DNA of 64,000 nt, taken from Lama glama. Its lineage: Eukaryota. The notes under the pieces were generated by a model. The model made no database searches and was not told the DNA's origin. It was given only the letters and a program-made list of their open reading frames with translations. Shown piece after piece: positions 61,550 through 64,000 of this stretch (position 1 is its first letter; every line of letters begins with the position of its first letter). The translations under genes and the position numbers were made by a program. The stretch covers positions 16,494,001 to 16,558,000 of the forward strand of contig CM052817.1 in the NCBI GenBank assembly GCA_028534125.1, given 5' to 3'.

Positions 61550-61770
61550 GCACTTTATAGGAAAGCAAATGCCATCATTATCCTCCCCCGTTCTCTCTAA
61601 TCCCTGTCTGCGTGGCTTGCCGACAGATGCTTTTCTGCCTGCCCGCGCTGCCTGCCTCTCCGAGCCCGGTGTCACAATGAGGCGGGCTGTGTGTGACAGA
61701 TTGCTAAATCTGGCCTCCTCCAGGCAGGGGACTCGGTGTTCGAGTGGCACCGGCTGCTCCAGCCTCCCCT
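61550..61770. promoter_or_regulatory. CpG-enriched unique patch (enhancer- or promoter-like)
   Basis: Local CpG cluster; minus-strand TATAAA at 61554-61559. Confidence 0.3.
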
Positions 61771-62149
61771 TGGGGCTGAGGCAGGCCCAGAAAGTTCTGA
61801 AGGGCTGCCTTGTGACTCAAGATATCCCTTGCAGAGAAGGCCAGCCGTCCACTGCTGGCAGAGCCCAGTGTGGGTAACTTGCCTTGTTTAGGATTTAAAT
61901 CCGGGACCCCGCCCAGGAAAAGCCTCTCTCATCCAGAAAAGAGCTACTAGCCCCAGATGCCACGACAAGAACAGGCAATCACTCGATCGCCAGGGAATAT
62001 CACCTGGTCCTGCCCTCCTGTCTAAACACAGCCAGCTCCTGTCTGTTCACTTATGCATCTAGTCATCTGTTATTTTCACCCCTCACACATTTCCATTTCT
62101 TTTTATTTGAGGCCACTGTTTTGGATCTGGAAACTGCTCTTAGTAAGAA

Positions 62150-62340
62150 ATTCAGCCCTGCCTCCAACCCCCTGTGTAACTTTTGAGCCAGTTTCCGAGC
62201 CTCAGTTTCCTTATCAGTAAATTGGTGAGCAATGCTTTCTCTCTCTCTTTTTTGTTTTGTGACCTCTTTGGTGAGGATTGAGTACAATAATGGGTGTGAA
62301 ATAAATGCGATGTATTGGTAGGACTAACCACAGCATATTT
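62150..62340 (+). mobile_element. MIR SINE
   Basis: gagcctcagtttccttatcagtaaa...gtgaggattgagt. Confidence 0.7.
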
Positions 62341-62502
62341 ACATTACTGTTACTACTACTAGTGTATCTTTTGCTAGTGATTTGAGTTCATTAAAGAATT
62401 CCAGGCAATTTCACATAACATTGCTTCAACTGCTAAAAATAGATATTATATCCCCCAATTTTTTTTCAGATAAGGTTTGAAATACTTGAGGTCACTGAGG
62501 AT

Positions 62503-62746
62503 CAGGGGTTGGCAAATTATGGCCAACGGACCAAATCAGTTCATTGTCCTTTTTTGTAAATAAAGTTTTATTAGAACATGACCATGTCCATTTATTATTT
62601 ATTGGAACACACCCATGTCCAACTATATACATTGTCTGTGGTTGCTTTTGTGCCACAAAGGCAGAGTTGAGAAGTTCAGGTTTGCAAAGCCTAAAATATT
62701 CCTATCTTTTCCTTTTTTTTTAACAGAAAAAGTTAGCTGACCTTTG
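62503..62746 (+). mobile_element. MER58A (hAT-Charlie) with small internal duplication
   Basis: caggggttggcaaattatggcc...tttgtaaataaagttttatt...gcaaagcctaaaatatt; ttatt.gaaca...ccatgtcca occurs twice. Confidence 0.85.
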
Positions 62747-64000
62747 ACAGAGACTGTAAGTGGTGGAACCAGGACTGAAATAATGTACGTGTCTACTGAG
62801 CCACGCTGGGAACACGCCTTCTCTAAGTGAAAAAGAACAGTGGCAGTCAATGGAAAAAACCCTGAAAATGTGTTTTGTGTGTGTGTTTAATTAACCTAAA
62901 CCATTTCTCTGTGTTCCTTATGCAGGACTCACCGTGTACACAGCAGTGTCTGTACATTAGGGCTGAAGGAGGTTCATAGAGCAGACCCCAGGGCAGCCCC
63001 CCCCCCCCCAGCTGAGTTATAGTCCAACCAGCAAGCTCACGGTGGAGCCAGCATGGGGTCTGGCGCTTCCGATTGCAGAGGAACGTCTTACAAGGGCTCG
63101 TTACTTATTATATGTCTTTATCCCCCAAGATTCCCTTTTCCCATTCCCAGCTGCAACCTAGCCAGGGTGGCACTCTCAGAAGCTTCTCGGAGTGCCGCAG
63201 TGTGGGTGGGGCTGCTCAGAGGTTCAGTGCCATCCATCCCATGGGCAGAAAACCCAGCTCTCCGGCCGCTCCCTGCTTCCCTCCCTCCCCCACGATCTCA
63301 AGAGCCTGCTGTGTGCCGAGCCCAGTCCTGAGTGCTGGGGAGACACCAGTGCGTGACGGGGTCCTGGCACCAGCCCTCAAGGAGCAGAGGGGAGGAAGGG
63401 GGTCACAAAGTAAAGAAATGATGCTAGAATAAGGTAAATTATATCTGCTAAGGGTATGCAAATCATTTAGTAGTTCTGGAATGCCAATTTGAGAGGGAAG
63501 CCGATAGAAGTGCAGAAGCTGGAGACGTACGGAAAGGAAAGCCACTTCTGGGCCTTATGTTGCAGTCTGAGGAGTGCGGAGGGCTTCCTGATGGCAGAAA
63601 GGAGTCCTCGACAGTTCAGAGCAGGGGGTGCCCTCAGGCCTGATCTTCCTAGCTGCAGGGCTCCCAGCCTCTGCCTGGTCCTCATCCCTTCTGACCCCAG
63701 TATCTGCCCCACTTGGCTCCGTCCACAGCTCACTCTCAGGCAAACACCTCAGGCCTGGTGGTGTGTACACTGAACACAGCTCTGCCTTCAGGCAAATGGA
63801 CGCAGGGAGAGGTCCAGTGCAGGCCCGAAACGGGCTCAGGGCTGGAGAATCGGGAATGCAGGGTCCTGGGTGTCTGGATCACAGTCTAGAATTATGTGTG
63901 TGGCGGGGTAGGGGATAGGGGATCACAGCCTTCGGAGAGAACATCCCCTTGGCCTGCAGACCCTTTGTCTTTGGGGGAGGGCACAGCTGAGGAGAGCTCG

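Noticed and set aside
1..64000. CRISPR array, operon or prokaryote-type system; known miRNA; named host gene
   Set aside because: The sequence is clearly mammalian; I saw no repeat-spacer arrays or recognisable mature miRNA, and no candidate exon matched a protein I can name

Overview
Eutherian mammal genomic DNA, very probably a camelid: there are four tRNA-Ala-derived vic-1-type SINEs and no ruminant or suid SINEs were seen. There is a 100-N assembly gap at 39991-40090. I recognise no protein-coding gene, rRNA, true tRNA gene or miRNA. The only recognisable protein remnants are a broken LINE-1 ORF2 C-terminus (~7.2-8.5 kb) and a much older CR1/L3 reverse-transcriptase fossil (~11.0-11.15 kb). 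Much of the window is interspersed repeat: L1, L2, MIR, MaLR/ERVL/ERV1 LTRs, and hAT/Tigger DNA transposons. Several are nested and have readable target-site duplications (TSDs), and two L1s may carry 3' transductions. Repeat-poor islands lie at ~3.6-4.4, 9.4-10.0, 19.5-20.0, 26.4-27.7, 47.4-48.1, 52.4-53.3 and 60.8-61.8 kb. They hold small CpG-rich patches, TF motifs and recurring minus-strand splice-site pairs. These suggest a spliced, mostly non-coding transcript (lncRNA or multi-promoter 5' UTR of a large gene) that I cannot name. Repeat family names are from recalled consensus similarity and boundaries are approximate. I found no solid evidence for a new biological system; the leads below are hypotheses.
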